Of a stretch of DNA of 64,000 bases, positions 37,693 through 47,031 are shown one piece after another (the first letter of the stretch is position 1; every line of letters starts with the position of its first letter). Source of the stretch: Minisyncoccia bacterium (lineage in GTDB: Bacteria > Patescibacteriota > Minisyncoccia > UBA6257 > 2-01-FULL-56-20). The notes below the pieces were generated by a model. The model was not told the DNA's origin, ran no database searches, and worked only from the letters and a program-made list of their open reading frames with translations. The stretch spans positions 391,050-455,049 of the forward strand of contig JBEKML010000001.1 in NCBI GenBank assembly GCA_050008535.1. Direction: 5' to 3'. A program made the position numbers and the translations under genes.

Positions 37693-39483
37693 TTATGCCA
37701 CTTCTGCTTGGTAGCACTGCTCGCAGTAGACGATTTCCGGGCGGTCGGGGGCATAGGTGGTTTCGAATTTGTTGGGGCAGGGTTCACTACCGTGAAAATG
37801 AGAGGCGGTATTTATGTAGCTACTTGCCTTTACTCCAGCGCATGCGCACGTACGCTTATAAAGCTGCGGAACATTGCGCCAGCTGATACGCTCTACGTGG
37901 CGGCAATTGAAACACAGCTTCGGCAACGGCAAATTCATTTTCCTATAGAACTGCAATTCTTGCTGAGTGATGCGGAAAACCGTAGGACAATTAGCTCCAC
38001 ATTGGAGTCCGGCATGATCGCCGGTTTCGTCGTGCTTGCACTGGACTATCTCTTGTATGATGTCGTCACCAGTTTCGGCAATGGTGTCGGGCAAGGCGGA
38101 AGCGGCCTTGGTTGGTTCATATTTTCTCTTCTCGGGAACGCGCCAGTTGAACCCCATGTGCTCAACTTGACTCCTCGGAAGTTGAAAATATTCGTATGCT
38201 TGGGATTCATTGAACCCGAAAGGGCTCATGTCGGGCGGGAAAAACTCGCCGTATTTATATATCCTACCCAGCGTATCTACGTAGGGCGTCTCGTTCATAT
38301 GCGCGATGATCTTTGGAATAAGTGATTCGTATTGTTCTTTAGAATACTGCTTATTGAGGATGCAATACTGCGCATTGCGCAGCCCCACGCAGCCGAACAC
38401 TTCCCGCGAGTTGCGGCATGTTATGGAATATCGTACATCGCTCACTGTTTCGCAATCGAACGAAAAATATACTCCGCGCAGGCCTTGTCCGCAGCAGCTT
38501 ATTTCGTAGTTGCGCTCAATATCGACGCCTGAGGAGGTAACGTCCATGCAGTCCCGAATCGGATTGTAGATGACGCTTTGGCAATGTGTGCAGTTTTGCA
38601 CCTCATTCGTAAAAAAACAATTGCGCACCTGGGAGGAGTTGTATATGTAATCACCGGTGCAACCCGCGTCCTGCAGCCCGTGCCGAAAACGGAACGGAAA
38701 CGAAAGCCAAATCCTCTCCGCCTCTTTTTGCATTCTTTCCAATCCCAGCCTTGAATGCAGGTTGAATCCCGCCACTTTTTTTCTATAGTTTTCTTTCGAA
38801 TGCGGCTGGTTAAAAATGTAGTAACTTTTGTTGCGCAAGCCGGTACACCCCACGCAATCGTTGCACCCAACACAATCCTGGCTGAACCATACCTCACGGC
38901 AGCCGGTACAATTCCTGGAAAAGAAGGTCTTATAACAGTTCGTGGTGTTAATCACGTAATAGCAGAGTTCACACAGTTTACAATTGATAGTGTCAAAACA
39001 TTGCTTGCTCTTTTGTAGGGTAACCCCATATGCACTGTCTTCAGAAAACCCTGCATCGAAGCATAGATATGTATTTTTCATATCCAGACCCATGCTGTAA
39101 TCGCTGTTTACCTGGTTGCGGGACATGATGTAGGTGAATGGCATAACATTGAACAAATCCCGTATTTGATCGAAAAACGGCCGCGTAAAATCATATTCCC
39201 GCGCATACGATTTAGGATCCCAAGCGTCGCTCCACCAGTAGTCTCGATCGAAAGGGGGCATGGGCGCATTGGGGGGCACCATGCTGAAAATTTTTTTGCC
39301 AGTGCCAGCGCAGGTGCGTTCGTAAAGATAACGGAAGTTGCGAAACGCCATCCGCCGCATGGCCCGGCATTTCCAGCACCATGTTGGTGGAGGCACGTTG
39401 AGGCTTTTATAGAACGTAAGATCTTCTGGCTCAATCGCAAAATTATTTTTGCAGTTCTGACACGCGCGCGTTTCCTGTTCCAT
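37693..39483 (-). CDS. large Cys-rich protein typical of CPR (zinc-ribbon ends)
   Basis: CQNC, PPxxCxxCR, CVGL.N..YCILNKQY, YGEFFP, VYCEQCY. Confidence 0.85.
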   Translation of the reverse strand: MEQETRACQNCKNNFAIEPEDLTFYKSLNVPPPTWCWKCRAMRRMAFRNFRYLYERTCAGTGKKIFSMVPPNAPMPPFDRDYWWSDAWDPKSYAREYDFTRPFFDQIRDLFNVMPFTYIMSRNQVNSDYSMGLDMKNTYLCFDAGFSEDSAYGVTLQKSKQCFDTINCKLCELCYYVINTTNCYKTFFSRNCTGCREVWFSQDCVGCNDCVGCTGLRNKSYYIFNQPHSKENYRKKVAGFNLHSRLGLERMQKEAERIWLSFPFRFRHGLQDAGCTGDYIYNSSQVRNCFFTNEVQNCTHCQSVIYNPIRDCMDVTSSGVDIERNYEISCCGQGLRGVYFSFDCETVSDVRYSITCRNSREVFGCVGLRNAQYCILNKQYSKEQYESLIPKIIAHMNETPYVDTLGRIYKYGEFFPPDMSPFGFNESQAYEYFQLPRSQVEHMGFNWRVPEKRKYEPTKAASALPDTIAETGDDIIQEIVQCKHDETGDHAGLQCGANCPTVFRITQQELQFYRKMNLPLPKLCFNCRHVERISWRNVPQLYKRTCACAGVKASSYINTASHFHGSEPCPNKFETTYAPDRPEIVYCEQCYQAEVA

Positions 39484-39520
39484 TACCTCAATTCTATCAG
39501 ATTAAAAAAATCGTACGTCT

Positions 39521-39569
39521 CTCGGTCTGTCCGATACTTTTACTGGGTGCTCCCCAAGTCGGACTTGAA
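39521..39569 (+). repeat. att-like site carrying a different tRNA 3' fragment
   Basis: Left arm CTCGGTCTGTCCGATACTTTTACTGGG + TGCTCCCCAAGTCGGACTTGAA (reverse complement TTCAAGTCCGACTTGGGGAGCA). Confidence 0.8.
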
Positions 39570-39660
39570 TTTTTTGGGGCAAGTCCCACAAGCGTCCCCA
39601 GAGAATCCTTTGAGGGGAGGGGAATAACACACCTCGGTCGCAAAATGATACAATCACAAT

Positions 39661-40329
39661 GTGAATATAGAATGGAACAGGGTCACGTGGTATTCAAAAC
39701 TGGTTGCCATAGTCGTTTTTATTGGAACTGCCGCGCTATTCTTTTTCTTTGGCGAAATATATGGAAGAACACTGGGTCAGATCGGCATCTCTCAGCTTTC
39801 ATCTGGGACTACCCCTTTGTCGGCGTCACTAAATCGGACGACTGGGACAGCTGTCGCCACTGGATCTCAACCTCTGCAAATTGATCTTCCGTTGGGAGAT
39901 TCTGGATATGAGGCGGTGGCTGAACGTGCCAAGCAGAAATGCGGTCAAAACGTTCAGCTGGCAGGAACAAGCGTACAGGTCGATCAAGAAACGGGAGGAT
40001 TTTTTACCTACTATTCGTTTCGTGGGAATTGTTATTCGGAAGTTAAGATCGACCCTTATCACAGACCGGACCCGAGCGATCCTATTGTGACGAATATCGC
40101 AAAAGATAATTTCATACCCATTCCTCTTTCGGATTGGAAAATTAGCGCCAAACAAGCGCTTTCGATTGCAGGCATGGGAAACGGATCGGCGCTGAATCTT
40201 TCCGAAGAAAGTAACACCCTGGTTTGGGCGATAACCTATAGGAATGAGTACGCTCTTTCCGAAGCACGCGTCAATGCCTCAACGGGAGAGTTGATCAGCA
40301 AACAAACGACCAGACTCCCGATCTATTGA
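39661..40329 (+). CDS. membrane-anchored hypothetical protein, PepSY-like C-terminus
   Basis: VTWYSKL TM anchor; ISAKQALSIA...VNASTGEL. Confidence 0.7.
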   Translation: MNIEWNRVTWYSKLVAIVVFIGTAALFFFFGEIYGRTLGQIGISQLSSGTTPLSASLNRTTGTAVATGSQPLQIDLPLGDSGYEAVAERAKQKCGQNVQLAGTSVQVDQETGGFFTYYSFRGNCYSEVKIDPYHRPDPSDPIVTNIAKDNFIPIPLSDWKISAKQALSIAGMGNGSALNLSEESNTLVWAITYRNEYALSEARVNASTGELISKQTTRLPIY

Positions 40330-40388
40330 TTGGATGTTCGCGTCTCCACGGACCGCCTCTCGGTCGGTCCGATACTAAATGTTGCCTG

Positions 40389-40460
40389 CTCCGGCGCCAG
40401 GACTCGAACCTGGAACCATCTCCTTAACAGGGAGCCGCTCTACCATTGAGCTACGCCGGA
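40389..40460 (-). tRNA. tRNA-Asn(GTT), CCA not encoded
   Basis: TCCGGCGTAGCTCAATGGTAGAGCGGCTCCCTGTTAAGGAGATGGTTCCAGGTTCGAGTCCTGGCGCCGGAG, canonical cloverleaf. Confidence 0.97.
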
Positions 40461-40520
40461 ATACGTATAGTAGTGTAGCAGAAACGCGGGCGGTTTCAAG
40501 CGTATTGCGCGGCGGATAAC

Positions 40521-41162
40521 TTATCCCGAACGTGAAGGCAACGCGACGTCAACACTGCCGGCGGTATCGGTGGCAACGGTAAAGAAAACATTTGATGCGC
40601 CGCCGGTGGTGAAAAGGAACGGCACCGCGACGGACGGGCCGACGGCAAAGGTGACTGATTGGCTGTAGGTTGCGCCAGGCGTGCCTCCGCAGTTTTGCGT
40701 GTCGGGGAACGTGAAGGTGCTGCCGGCGGGGGAGCTCGGCGGTTCAAGCGTGCCGGATTCGTCGGTGACGAGGCGGAGGTTCGCCGGCACGCATTCGGAG
40801 ACGCTGCTCATTTCGATCGCGAGGGAGAAAGTGATCTGGTTTCCCTGGAACGCGGCGCCAGTGATGGAAAAAGTTTCGTGTCCTTCGGCCCACGTGACGG
40901 GATAGGGAGGTGGATATTCGCTTGCGAAGTTGCCGGGAATCATGCTGATCGGCGTTGTGGATGCGTTGCTCGCCGAAGAGGAGGTGGTCGATGAGGGAAA
41001 ATTGGAAAAGGAAACGGCGCCGGGACCCCGCACGATGACTGGTTCGTAGGATCCGGTAGGAAAGAACAGGATGAGTGCGGTAAGGATGCCAAGGGCAACC
41101 GCCACTGCAGAAAAAACAAGAAGCGTTATTTTGAGGCGGTTGGTTTTCGGTCTGATTTTCAT
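40521..41162 (-). CDS. membrane-anchored hypothetical protein
   Basis: N-terminal TM, Ser/Thr linker, beta-rich domain. Confidence 0.7.
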   Translation of the reverse strand: MKIRPKTNRLKITLLVFSAVAVALGILTALILFFPTGSYEPVIVRGPGAVSFSNFPSSTTSSSASNASTTPISMIPGNFASEYPPPYPVTWAEGHETFSITGAAFQGNQITFSLAIEMSSVSECVPANLRLVTDESGTLEPPSSPAGSTFTFPDTQNCGGTPGATYSQSVTFAVGPSVAVPFLFTTGGASNVFFTVATDTAGSVDVALPSRSG

Positions 41163-41191
41163 AAATCAATTGTAGCAAATCAGTCGTGGCG

Positions 41192-41273
41192 GCGTGAGCA
41201 GCAGCAAGGCAAGGTTTTGAAACGAGCCCTTCTGAGTACTCGTTTCAAAACCTTGCCTTGCTGCTGCTCACGC
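41192..41273. repeat. perfect 35-bp inverted repeat with 12-nt spacer
   Basis: GCGTGAGCAGCAGCAAGGCAAGGTTTTGAAACGAG and its exact reverse complement at 41239-41273. Confidence 0.95.
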
Positions 41274-41328
41274 AGTCAAGTTCTTTTTAAAGAAGATTTA
41301 ATGGTCGTTGTGATAGGATGCGGTGCAA

Positions 41329-42903
41329 ATGACCATAAAGAACCGCATCAGTATAAAAAGGATATTTTTCGGCGTGGTGATCGGGGGATTTTTTGCCGCG
41401 CTTGCTTCCGTGTATTTCTTCTTTCCGGCAACCGCCACGAATGTTTTTAAAAACGCTACTGCAATTGTGGTGAATTCTTGGGACGATACTTTCGGCGGCG
41501 CAAGTGGCGGTTACGTTTCGGAAATTGATCTTGGGGCGAGCAGTACAGACTTGATTGCGGAGGGGACGTCGTCTGTTGATCATGTATCGGACGCCGGCCA
41601 GGAAATCGCGATCACTCCGGACAATGAAAGCGCTCTACAAAGCAGCAGTCCGCAAAACAATGCCGCGTCGCCACGCGATAGTATGCAGGAGGGTAGTGCC
41701 ACGGCCACTACAACCGGAACTATAGTGGAAACCGCGCCTCCGCCGCAGTGTGCCGTTGCGACGTCCGCCAATGCTTCGCGCAAGCTGATCTTTAACGAGA
41801 TCGCATGGATGGGATCGTCGCCGCTTGCCGGGGAAACGGTATCTGCGGCGGTTAACCGCGAGTGGATAGAGCTCAAAAATATTTCAGGCGTCGTGATGGA
41901 CATTTCCCATTGGCAGATTTTGGATGCGGCGGGGAAAATAAAGATCGTTTTTGATGCCGGCACAAGTGTCCCTGCGGGTGGATTGCTGCTCGTTGCGCGC
42001 GGGGAAGATTCGGTGGCTGGCGTAACAGCCGATAAAACATATTCCGGCGTTCTCTCAAATGTTGGCGGTGCACTCGCGATTTTTGATGACGCGTGCAACG
42101 TCTCTGATGTTTTGGATGCCTCTTCTGGTTGGCCGGCAGGGAACAATACGACAAAACAAACCCTTGAGCGCGATACGGACGGTGTGGGGTGGCACACGAG
42201 CGTCGCGCCCGGGGGAACGCCGAAAATGGAGAATTCGATTGCGTCGCGGCCGGCCGCCGCCGGCACCGTTGCCGTTGCTGCGAGTACGGGGAATGAGGGA
42301 GTTGCGATGGTCACCACCACAACAACAACAACGGCTACCACCACGGTAGCCACCACGACGATTGCCACGAGCACTGATTCCGCGACGACGACCGTGGCGG
42401 CGACAACCACAACGGATACCGCGCAGTCCTGCACGCCGTCCATCGATCACCTCGTGATTGCGGAAGTGCAGATCGCGGGCGCCGCGAGCACGAATGATTT
42501 TGTAAAGATATTCAACCCGACCGATGCCCCGGTGGATATTGGCGGATGGAAATTGCGCAAAAAGTCTAAAAGCGGCGCCGATTATTCGCTGCGGGTTTTT
42601 CCTGATGGAAATATCGTGGCATCCGGCGGCTATTTTACGTGGGCGAACGCGGCTGACGGCTTCGGCGATTCCATCGGCGCGAACGTGACAAGCACAGAAA
42701 CCCTCGCGGCCGATAACAGCGCGGCGCTTTTGAATGCGAGCGGCACTATTATCGACGCGGTCGCATGGGGCAAGGGGACGAATCAATACGGCGAAGGAGC
42801 CGCGTATCCGACGAACCCAGAAGCAGGCCAGCGGCTTACAAGGAAGTCCGTAAACGGCGCGCCAGTCGATACCGACAACAATGCGGACGACTTCACGCTA
42901 TAA
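41329..42903 (+). CDS. lamin-tail-domain (x2) surface protein
   Basis: IFNEIAWMG...EWIELKN; VIAEVQ...DFVKIFNPT; DTDNNADDF; Thr-rich linker. Confidence 0.85.
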   Translation: MTIKNRISIKRIFFGVVIGGFFAALASVYFFFPATATNVFKNATAIVVNSWDDTFGGASGGYVSEIDLGASSTDLIAEGTSSVDHVSDAGQEIAITPDNESALQSSSPQNNAASPRDSMQEGSATATTTGTIVETAPPPQCAVATSANASRKLIFNEIAWMGSSPLAGETVSAAVNREWIELKNISGVVMDISHWQILDAAGKIKIVFDAGTSVPAGGLLLVARGEDSVAGVTADKTYSGVLSNVGGALAIFDDACNVSDVLDASSGWPAGNNTTKQTLERDTDGVGWHTSVAPGGTPKMENSIASRPAAAGTVAVAASTGNEGVAMVTTTTTTTATTTVATTTIATSTDSATTTVAATTTTDTAQSCTPSIDHLVIAEVQIAGAASTNDFVKIFNPTDAPVDIGGWKLRKKSKSGADYSLRVFPDGNIVASGGYFTWANAADGFGDSIGANVTSTETLAADNSAALLNASGTIIDAVAWGKGTNQYGEGAAYPTNPEAGQRLTRKSVNGAPVDTDNNADDFTL

Positions 42904-42911
42904 TATGATGC

Positions 42912-43472
42912 ATGAAGTTCGCAGTCGTGCTCCATAATGTGCGGAGCGTCCACAACGTCGGTTCCATTTTCAGAACGGCGGACGCGGCCGGCGCAGGGAA
43001 GATCTATCTCTGCGGCATTACGCCCGCGCCTTTTGACCGGCTGAAAACGCTCCGGCCCGACTTTGCGAAAGTGGCGCTCGGTGCACATGAGTATGTGGCG
43101 TGGGAATCCGCCAAGAATACCGCGGCGGTTCTGAAACAATTGAAGCGCGAAGGGTATCACGTTTTCGCCATTGAACAATCGCGCACCGCCATTCCCTATT
43201 TCAACCTTCCCCGCGCATCGCTTGTGCACGGCAAATTTTGTCTTGTGCTGGGAAGCGAGGTGGACGGACTTCCTCCGTCGCTCATGAGGCTTGCGGACAA
43301 AACGCTTGAGATCCCCATGTTCGGGAAGAAAGAATCGCTCAATGTTGCGGTGGCGTTCGGCATCGTGGCATTCGGCCTGCGATTTTTGGGCCGAACGCTT
43401 TTGGGCCGCGGGCACGGCGTGGTACCATCTAGGAAATGGACCCGGAAAAAAGCCGGAAGAAAAGAAAGATGA
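42912..43472 (+). CDS. SpoU/TrmH family RNA methyltransferase
   Basis: NVGSIFRTAD, LGSE..G, IPM.G.KESLNV. Confidence 0.9.
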   Translation: MKFAVVLHNVRSVHNVGSIFRTADAAGAGKIYLCGITPAPFDRLKTLRPDFAKVALGAHEYVAWESAKNTAAVLKQLKREGYHVFAIEQSRTAIPYFNLPRASLVHGKFCLVLGSEVDGLPPSLMRLADKTLEIPMFGKKESLNVAVAFGIVAFGLRFLGRTLLGRGHGVVPSRKWTRKKAGRKER

Positions 43473-43930
43473 TCTGGACATTGATCGGGATTGTGGTGGT
43501 CGTGGTTGCGCTCGTCACGGCGTATTTGGGGATTTTTCAAAAAGCCAATCAGCCGCTTGCGAAAAACGAAGCAAAGATCGGCAACGCCGTTTTTGAAGTA
43601 GAGATCGCCGCAACGATGACCGAGCAGGCCCGCGGACTTTCGTTCCGTCCGAGCTTGGGCGAGAACCAGGGGATGCTTTTTCTTTTCGGCAAGCCCGCGG
43701 CCCAGAGTTTTTGGATGAAAGACATGAATTTTCCGATCGATATTATCTGGATCGGCGGGGATGCCGTTCTCGGTTTTGCGCAAAACGCGGCGCCCCAGCC
43801 CGGCGTGCCGCTTTGGGGGCTCACCTTATATCGATCGCCGGACGGTACGGACAAGGTGCTTGAGGTGAACGCCGGCACGGTCGCGAAAGACGGCATAAAA
43901 GTGGGCGATAGGGTGCAGATTGGTATATAA
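43469..43930 (+). CDS. DUF192 protein
   Basis: GMLFLF, FWMKDMNFPIDIIWI, VLEVNAG. Confidence 0.9.
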   Translation: MIWTLIGIVVVVVALVTAYLGIFQKANQPLAKNEAKIGNAVFEVEIAATMTEQARGLSFRPSLGENQGMLFLFGKPAAQSFWMKDMNFPIDIIWIGGDAVLGFAQNAAPQPGVPLWGLTLYRSPDGTDKVLEVNAGTVAKDGIKVGDRVQIGI

Positions 43931-43937
43931 TAGAAGG

Positions 43938-44969
43938 ATGGCAAAGGCACGCATTGCGATAAACGGATTCGGACGGATAGGCCGGTTGTTTTTCAGGGCC
44001 GCTTTTGAGTCGCCGGATCTGGAGATCGTGGCGGTGAACGACTTGGGCGATGTGGAAAATCTTGCGTACCTTCTGAAATATGATACGGTCTACGGTCGGT
44101 ACGGAAAAGACGTAAAAGCGGACCTTCCGAACGGAAAGCTTGTGGTCGACGGAACGGAAATAACGTTTTTGCAGGTGAAAGACCCGACGCAGCTCCCCTG
44201 GGGAGCGCTCAAGGTTGATATCGTCATTGAATCAACGGGATTGTTCGAGTCGTACGAGGGGAATAAAGTGCATTTGGCCGCCGGGGCGAAACGCGTGGTC
44301 ATAACGGCTCCGGCAAAAGATGAGGACGGGCCGGACGGAAAAACCGTTTTGATGGGGATTAACGAAGACGATTTGAAAACATGCGCGATCACTTCCAACG
44401 GCTCCTGCACGACGAATTCGGCGTCGCCCGTGATCCAGGTGCTTTCGGAGAACCCCGGCATCGTGAAGGCGATACTCTCCACCGTGCATTCCTATACCGC
44501 GACGCAGAGCATTGTGGATGGCCCCGTCCGCGGCGGAAAGGATTATCGGCGCGGCCGTGCGGCGGCGCAGAATATCTCGCCGTCCACGACGGGCGCCGCG
44601 ATCGCCGTCACGCGGGCCATTCCTTCACTCAAAGGAATGTTTGACGGTATGGCGTTCCGGGTGCCCTCCATTAACGGCTCCATTTCCGACATCACGTTCG
44701 TCGCGAAGCGGAAAACAAGCGTGGAAGAAATAAACCGGATCCTGACGGACGCCGCCGCCTCGCCCCGCTGGCAGGGGATCTTGAAAGTGACGGACGAACA
44801 GCTGGTTTCCTCGGACATTGTGGGCGATCCCTACGGCGCGATCGTCGACCTTGGTTTTACAAAGGTCATTGACGGCGATCTCGTGAAAGTGCTTTCGTGG
44901 TACGACAACGAGGCCGGTTATGTTGCGACGCTCGTGAAGCACGTAGAGAAAATAGCGGCGATTCTCTAA
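43938..44969 (+). CDS. gap: glyceraldehyde-3-phosphate dehydrogenase
   Basis: INGFGRIGR, SNGSCTTN, WYDNE. Confidence 0.97.
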   Translation: MAKARIAINGFGRIGRLFFRAAFESPDLEIVAVNDLGDVENLAYLLKYDTVYGRYGKDVKADLPNGKLVVDGTEITFLQVKDPTQLPWGALKVDIVIESTGLFESYEGNKVHLAAGAKRVVITAPAKDEDGPDGKTVLMGINEDDLKTCAITSNGSCTTNSASPVIQVLSENPGIVKAILSTVHSYTATQSIVDGPVRGGKDYRRGRAAAQNISPSTTGAAIAVTRAIPSLKGMFDGMAFRVPSINGSISDITFVAKRKTSVEEINRILTDAAASPRWQGILKVTDEQLVSSDIVGDPYGAIVDLGFTKVIDGDLVKVLSWYDNEAGYVATLVKHVEKIAAIL

Positions 44970-45427
44970 TGACCATCTATCTCGGCGCCGACCATCGCGG
45001 GTTTAACTTGAAGGAGCGGCTGAAGCAGGAGTTGAAAAACGAGGGGTACGACGTGGTGGATTGCGGCGCGGCGGAGCTTGTGCCGGATGACGACTATCCC
45101 GATTATGCGTCGGCGGTTGCGGCGAAGGTGGCCGCAGCGCCGGAGGTGGGGCGCGGCATAGTGATCTGCGGGTCGGGATTCGGCACGGATATCGTTGCGA
45201 ACAAGTTCGACGGCGTGCGTGCGGGACTTGCCATGTCCGCCGATCATGCGTATCAGGGACGGCACGACGACGACCTGAATGTTCTTGCCCTTGCCGCGGG
45301 GTTTGTGGATGAAGCGGCCGCCCTGAACATCGTGAAAGTTTTTTTGACGACGCCTTTTGCGAAAGAGGAACGGTACGCGCGCCGGCTTCAAAAGATCGGG
45401 AAGATAGAGCTTGATAGGCAAAAATGA
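44969..45427 (+). CDS. rpiB: ribose-5-phosphate isomerase B
   Basis: GADHRG, DDYPD, ICGSG, ANK. Confidence 0.93.
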   Translation: MTIYLGADHRGFNLKERLKQELKNEGYDVVDCGAAELVPDDDYPDYASAVAAKVAAAPEVGRGIVICGSGFGTDIVANKFDGVRAGLAMSADHAYQGRHDDDLNVLALAAGFVDEAAALNIVKVFLTTPFAKEERYARRLQKIGKIELDRQK

Positions 45428-45428
45428 T

Positions 45429-46154
45429 ATGAGGGTAATTCCCGTCATCAATTGCACCGATTTTGAGTCCGTGCGGGAGAGGGTTGAGGTCGCGAAGACG
45501 TTTTTGGAAGAAGGACATTTTTTGCATCTTGACGTCGCGGACGGCGCATTCACGTTTCATAAAACATGGGGAAATCCTACGGAGTGGGCAAACCTCCGCG
45601 TGCCGTTTAACCTGGAGGTGCACTTGATGGTGGAGAGGCCGGAGCGATACATCGAACAATGGCTTGCTGCGGGTGCGAAGCGATTTATTATTCACATTGA
45701 AACAACAGAGAGAAATTCCTTCGAGTGGATCTTGCAAATATGCAAGAAACGCGGCGTTGAGGTAATGCTTTCCTCCAGCCCCGAAACGCCCATGAAGAAA
45801 CTGGAGCCCTATTGCAAACACTGCACGTTGTTCCAGGTCCTCTCGGTCCATCCTGGCCCGACCGCACAGAAATTTCTTCCGCTCACGCTTGAAAAAATAA
45901 GGTTTTTAAGGCGGAGAGTGCCGGATGCTACAATTGAAGTGGATGGCGGCATAACGCCCGCGACGGCGCGCCGCGCGAAGGCGGCCGGTGCGGACGTGGT
46001 GGTATCGGGCAGCTATATTTTCGGGAGCGACGATCCCGCCGCGGCGTACGACGACCTCGTGCACCTCCGCCTGCCTCGTTCGGCATGGTATCGTGCGTCG
46101 GCAGGGTCGCGCTTGCCGTCATGGATGCCGTCGCGCACGACATTTTTCCCTCAT
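45429..46154 (+). CDS. rpe: ribulose-phosphate 3-epimerase domain (no stop; reads into transketolase N)
   Basis: HLDVADG, EVHLMV, EVDGG, VSGSYIF. Confidence 0.85.
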
Positions 46155-47015
46155 ATGGAATCGCTCACGGAAAAAAAATTACAAGAATTGGAACTTACGG
46201 CGAATCGCCTCCGCGAGGACGTGATCAAGATGGTCTCGGGCGCGGGGTCGGGCCACATCGCGGGACCCTTGGGGATGGCGGAAATTTTTACCGCATTCTA
46301 TTTTCACCTTTTGCATCATGATCCCAAGAGGCCCCATTGGCCGGATCGCGATCGGCTGGTGCTTTCGAACGGCCATATTTGTCCGATCCAGTATGCGGCG
46401 CTCGCGCACGCAGGATATTTTCCGGTGGAAGAATTAAAAACGCTGCGCGAGCTCGGCACGCGCCTGCAGGGCCATCCGCACCGCGGCGTTCTTCCCGGCA
46501 TCGAAACCACATCGGGGCCCCTTGGCTCGGGGATCTCGCAGGCGGCGGGCATGGCGCTCGCGGCGCGCATGGACGGCAAGAAATGGCGAACGTATTGCCT
46601 TACCTCCGACGGCGAGCACGAGGAGGGCAATACTTGGGAAGCAGTGATGTTTGCGGGGAAGCACCGCTTGAACAATCTCACGGTGGTCATGGACCGCAAC
46701 AACATCCAGATCGACGGCTTTACCGAAAACGTGATGCCGCTTGAGCCCCTCCGCGAGAAATACGAATCGTTCAATTGGCACGTGCTTGAGATCGACGGCC
46801 ACAGTTTTGAGGAGATCATTGCGGCCGTTCACGAAGCAAGGGCCATTTATGAAAAACCGACATGCATCATTGCGCATACGATCCCAGGCAAGGGCGTTGA
46901 CTTTATGGAGAACGATTACTTGTGGCATGCAAAGCCGTTCAAGCCCGGGGAGGCGCAACAGGCGCTGGCCGAACTCCGGGCATCGAGAGGAAAAATAACG
47001 TCGGAACATCAATAA
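46155..47015 (+). CDS. tkt: transketolase N-terminal subunit
   Basis: GSGH, DRLVLSNGH, LQGHP, SDGEHEEG..WEA, HTIPGKG. Confidence 0.93.
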   Translation: MESLTEKKLQELELTANRLREDVIKMVSGAGSGHIAGPLGMAEIFTAFYFHLLHHDPKRPHWPDRDRLVLSNGHICPIQYAALAHAGYFPVEELKTLRELGTRLQGHPHRGVLPGIETTSGPLGSGISQAAGMALAARMDGKKWRTYCLTSDGEHEEGNTWEAVMFAGKHRLNNLTVVMDRNNIQIDGFTENVMPLEPLREKYESFNWHVLEIDGHSFEEIIAAVHEARAIYEKPTCIIAHTIPGKGVDFMENDYLWHAKPFKPGEAQQALAELRASRGKITSEHQ

Positions 47016-47031
47016 AACTTCATTAAAAATC

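Noticed and set aside
24677-39569. Repeats as a CRISPR array
   Set aside because: Spacing is 0.4-2.4 kb, intervals contain whole genes, and no cas genes are present.
6718-40460. Single prophage or ICE bounded by attL/attR
   Set aside because: No structural, replication, conjugation or integrase genes, and the many internal att-like copies point to serial small insertions.
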